DNA of 64,000 nucleotides from Stylophora pistillata (Eukaryota): NCBI RefSeq assembly GCF_002571385.2, contig NW_019218028.1, positions 176,786 to 240,785 of the forward strand, read 5' to 3'. Shown piece by piece: positions 54,700 to 64,000 of this stretch (position 1 is its first letter; each line of letters starts with the position of its first letter). The notes under the pieces were generated by a model. It saw only the letters and a program-made list of their open reading frames with translations, ran no database searches and was not told where the DNA came from. The position numbers and the translations under genes were made by a program.

Positions 54700-54875
54700 C
54701 AACCCCACAATTCCTCTATTCGCTCCGACGAAGGGCTAACGCTCGAAGCGTCAGCTTTTGTAACCGTTACGGTGGCCAATTTACCATTTCAACTTAGTTG
54801 ATATATCCAAATTATTTCGTTACCCCCACCGACGCAGCCCCAAACAGTTTCTTTAGAAACTATCAGCCTTTATTC
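54700..54875 (+). mobile_element. Dispersed ~170-bp repeat with hammerhead-like motif (putative non-autonomous Penelope-like/retrozyme unit)
   Basis: GCT-CCGACGA-aGGGC-TAAC-GCTC-GAAR-CGTC-AGC followed by a conserved tail ...GGTGGCCAATTTACCATTTCAAC...CAGTTTCTTTAGAAACTATCAGCC. Other copies at 4781-4875, about 5805-5835 (tail), 37835-37990 (inverted plus direct) and 63505-63597. Confidence 0.7.
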
Positions 54876-55648
54876 TATTATAATAGTTAGCCTGCAAGGG
54901 AGTTTAACTAGAACAGAAGTAACTACTGATCCGCTAATGAGAGTCGACCCAGGCCCCTGAAGTCGATGGCAGCACGTTCGCAGCCAGCTAGCTGCAGGCT
55001 CCCTAATCGGTGCTCTTCTTTACGCTTGGCGTAGCATTAAATGTTTTTCACGCATTGTTTTGCAGACAAGTCTTCGCTTCACCGAGCAAATTATTTTTTA
55101 ACTGTTTCTCCTCTAGCTTTATAAATATTTTAACTCACCGCAGTTCAGTCCAAATTAAAGATTGCCGAGGCAACAACTTTTATTGCCCTGTCTCGTTTCT
55201 TGGGAATTAGTCGAGTTACCTTGCCATTCCACTCGATGAATTATTTCCTTTCCGAACTTGATTTTTCTGTTTCGGCACATCTTAATTAATCCATTTCATT
55301 TTTTCACGTTGGGACTTTCTTAACAGTAATCCTTGAATTTAAAACTAAACGCAATTTTTTTACAAAAAATACTTATTGAAAAATTAATTTGAAAGTAACC
55401 CAGTTGTCACTACCTGTTCCCATTGTTTTCTCAGCTTTGATTGTCAGCAGGTGTCAAGTGGGAAAATTAGCTCCTGTAGTTTTGTTTTGTAAACTCAGTT
55501 TAGTCTATTTCTCATTTTCCCCGATTCGCGGATGCAGAAGAGGGATGGGGACGAGTTATTTCTCGGCGAAGGGAACTGGACGCGAAAGCATGGCTACCGC
55601 CGGAGTCGAGTACGGAAGATCACCATCGCTTATTGACTGGAATTTAAG

Positions 55649-55930
55649 CAGTGGCGGATCCATTCAGACCCCCCCCCCCCTATCAGACTTGACGCTTACA
55701 ACTTTGAGACTGAAATTCTTACATCCGCAGGATCGTAAATCACTTTAACTGGCTGATTTTTTTCATTAATGAATCCAAGTAAACGGTAAGTGGCCAAGAA
55801 ATTATAACGTGCAACCGCGACTGGTGGGAGGGGGTGTGGGGGAGAAGTAATTTGCCTCAAAAGAGTCCAACAGTCCTTTCTGAACCAAAGTTTGGACCCC
55901 TCCAATCAAAAATTCCTGGATCCGCCCCTG
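55649..55930. mobile_element. MITE with CAG(T/G)GGCGGATCCA termini
   Basis: TTAAG|CAGTGGCGGATCCA...TGGATCCGCCCCTG|TTAAG; 5-bp direct flanks. Confidence 0.75.
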
Positions 55931-58848
55931 TTAAGGGCATCGCAGTGGTTGAGCCGAACTGAAAATAACTCCTGCATGGATTAATTGGTTTTCTTCTTTG
56001 CACTTACTGGACATTTGTCATGTGGGCAATTAATGTTTCAGCGACTTTGCCTAATTTTCTCTCGACCAGATGCAGATCTTGCTTTCATTTACACCAACGG
56101 TAAAACCTTACGCATACACTTTATAAACCTTGGTTGGCCCATGATTTTCCCCACGAATAGCTTTAGATCCGACAGTTTTCAATTTAGGACCCATACCGAT
56201 GAGAAGAATACCATCGGTGCGATTATGAAATCCTCGTCAATATTTTTATTCTTTTTCAACTTTCATTTCGTGCGTTGTTGTCTATACTCTCACCGGAAGC
56301 AGCGTCCTCGTAGCGGAAATCACAAGTGTTGGGCGGAAATGGAAATGATGCAAGCTTTATTAATTATTGAGTACTGTGTCAGCAGTACAATCTCCTGCTA
56401 TTTAAGGATACAGATCTGCATGTTTACACACGCTTTCGTGCATGACCGTTAATTACGAATGTTAGTAGCGATAGAACATAAAAAAAGAAATTATCATTGT
56501 TAGCAAATAGAGTATATCGTCTTCCGCTTCCCAATATTACCTCGTTAGTATTGTAAGCATTTGCGAGGGTTGGAGGAGGAAAAAAAGTAGGTTATAGATC
56601 AAAGACCGTGTGACTTGTAAACTTTTCAATCAACCTTCCTATCCGGTCTGCATTATTTTTAAAATGCATTTTTAATCTAATAACAAGAAAGTTAAATCAT
56701 AGTTAACCTGCGATGCGATCAGGCCTTCTTTCTTTCAAGGGGGTGCGAAGTCGGCGCTCGTTTTTTCTTCCGTTCGCCGTGCCACACTGTCGCACTCCAC
56801 CGAAAAAAAAAAAAGAAAGGCATGGTAAAGTAACAATTGAGACACTTAAACTCAAGAGGTTAGACTTATCGGGCCTATGCAAATGAAAATGAACTTGAGG
56901 ACAAAACGATGACAGAAAAACATCATAAGTCTATAGAGTATCAAATTCTTTTCTTTTTTCAAACTAGTGGGGCTACATTCCTAATTGACCATGTTTATAG
57001 CGGCTCATCAACCAGAGTAGGCGATAGATGCCCCTCGGATTTCTTCATCAGGGTGCTGCCGCCCGGCTCTCTGAATCCTGACTCTAAGTTGTTTACCACA
57101 CCCGTTTTCAGACCTCTCTTTAAGAATCCATAACCGTTAATGGACCTGGTATCTGTGCTGATATCAAGATCGATTTGGCTCCACTCGAGGTTTGCGCAAT
57201 TGACATTAGCGCTGGTTACTCCCTCCTCTCCTCTTTGTCGATCATTTTGAGCAGAAGATTGATACATTTACGAATAGACGCTTTTCGTGATCTTTGCGGT
57301 TTCCATGCAAACCACTTCCGTGATGGACAAAATACATACCCGTTTCAGCACATAACGGATCAAAAACCCAAACTGTTCCGAGCGGCAAATCAATTACAAG
57401 TTGGCTTTAGCAAGTAACAGCCTAATTCTTCATCATCTGGGGTTCTGCGTAATCACTCTCCTGTGGGAATGCTGCCATTTCCATACGTGTAATGTTTAGT
57501 AGCCAAATATATCCATTGAAATAGATATCTTTTTCATCAATTTTCCTTACGAACGTCCGTCATGAAATTAACGCTAGCGCTCTTGATTTCTCCCCAGTCG
57601 TGCAAGGCGTGATCGTGTCTGGAAGTCGTTACAAATGCAGATAGGTTAAAGCTCATTTCCGTTGAAATATTTTTAAAAATGCTATCTCAGTTTACACGAG
57701 AGGAAAGTTTAGGTTATACAAATGACTTCATTAGAGCCGAGTTACGGAAAGATAAGATATTCTTAAGCCGATATTTCCAACATGAAACTTTAAATAGATA
57801 TATTGGCTTGAATTCAATAATCTATTGCAAAATTTTTTCTCCATGTAATGGTCTTAAAGAAACAAAATGTAAATTTGCAAATTTATCTTGCCTTGGGCCA
57901 ATATAATTAAGCGATTGTTTTCCCCGTTCTAGCTGTCACGCACAACAAGTCTTGTTTGAAAGCAGATTTTTTGGCACGATAAAATCTTGTCAAGATAATA
58001 CTAGTTAGCGCTGTAAGTCAGTGTCTCGTTGAAATGTAAAAGAGGATTAAAATAAGAATTAGAATTGATTGCTGATTGAGGGAAAGTTCTTAATTTAAAA
58101 TACAAAACTTGTTTAAGGGCATTTACAAGCGAAAGACTCGTTATCGGTTTGCCGTAATGTCTACGGGCAATTTCTTGCTTAATTTGCGATCTTAGACACG
58201 GAAATTTAGATGTTGATCTCAAGAATGTTAAGATTTCAAGACCTGATAAAAAGATCTTAGGAAAGCCGAGGTTCTGAAACCGCAATGTCGTTGTAACTTC
58301 CGCTTCGCGGTTTCTGCCCTCTGAATTCTAAAAGATCGCTGATTCTTTCATTGATCCTTTTATGCAAACATGTGTTATAATTGACAGAATTTTGGTGCAC
58401 GTTTGAAATAATTATTCACACCTATTTATTATGTTATTTAATCGAATATTGTTTACTCTACAGTAATATGATTGGCTTGGAAAAAGGTTGGCTTCATCTC
58501 GGTACGTTGAAGGCATTCCTACCCACAATGCTCTTGCGTCTGTGGAGGTGGACATAATGGCTGACCAAGAGGGATCGATCGTTATGTGAATTCATAGCGT
58601 TATCTGGAAAAATGACCGGGAAATAGCGGCCTTAACTCTCGAAAAGTCATATTTGCACATTATTAACTCTGTAGGGAAATATCTAAGCAAGGCTTGGGAC
58701 CATTTTGGAGTCGTTTGGCCGTATGGAGTGAATTTACCGGCTATCATGATGTACGCGTACAGGGAATATTTGCCGATGAATCACATATGAAACTTGCTCA
58801 TTCATCGCAGATCGCCGAGGTTTTTAGTAAGATTTTGCTCTGACAGTC

Positions 58849-64000
<5,152 letters not shown>

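Noticed and set aside
58557-58589. Upstream coding exon of kinesin (MADQEGSIVM)
   Set aside because: No donor joins it in frame to the acceptor before ATG 58849; more likely 5'UTR or promoter sequence.

Overview
Eukaryotic, intron-rich animal DNA. The repeat families look cnidarian, probably a stony coral; this is inference. By manual splicing I reconstruct four housekeeping genes: cullin-2 (minus, 195-18293; 23 visible exons, about 80 aa lost in an N-gap, first coding intron U12-type and starting AT), a mitochondrial carnitine/acylcarnitine carrier SLC25A20-like gene (minus, 20366-47632; 11 exons, 315 aa), an acyl-CoA-binding protein (plus, 47867-52016; head-to-head with the carrier, 234 bp between start codons), and the first exons of a kinesin-1 heavy chain (plus, 58849 to window end). 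Two large carrier introns host genes with intronless coding regions. One holds a tandem TRIM-NHL pair on the host strand (one intact, one pseudogene). The other holds an antisense gene of about 950 aa with an N-terminal NERD/PD-(D/E)xK nuclease and a C-terminal SF1/Schlafen-like helicase, broken by a single +1 frameshift. This nuclease-helicase is the best candidate for an undescribed system (possible antiviral/anti-TE effector; function is inference). Non-coding DNA is full of MITEs, tRNA-derived SINEs, a Penelope-like GIY-YIG remnant, minisatellites and several minimal hammerhead-ribozyme motifs, including a family with a recurrent non-canonical core. Two N-gaps and single-N joins produce probable artefactual duplications. 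No searches were run; family calls come from recalled motifs.
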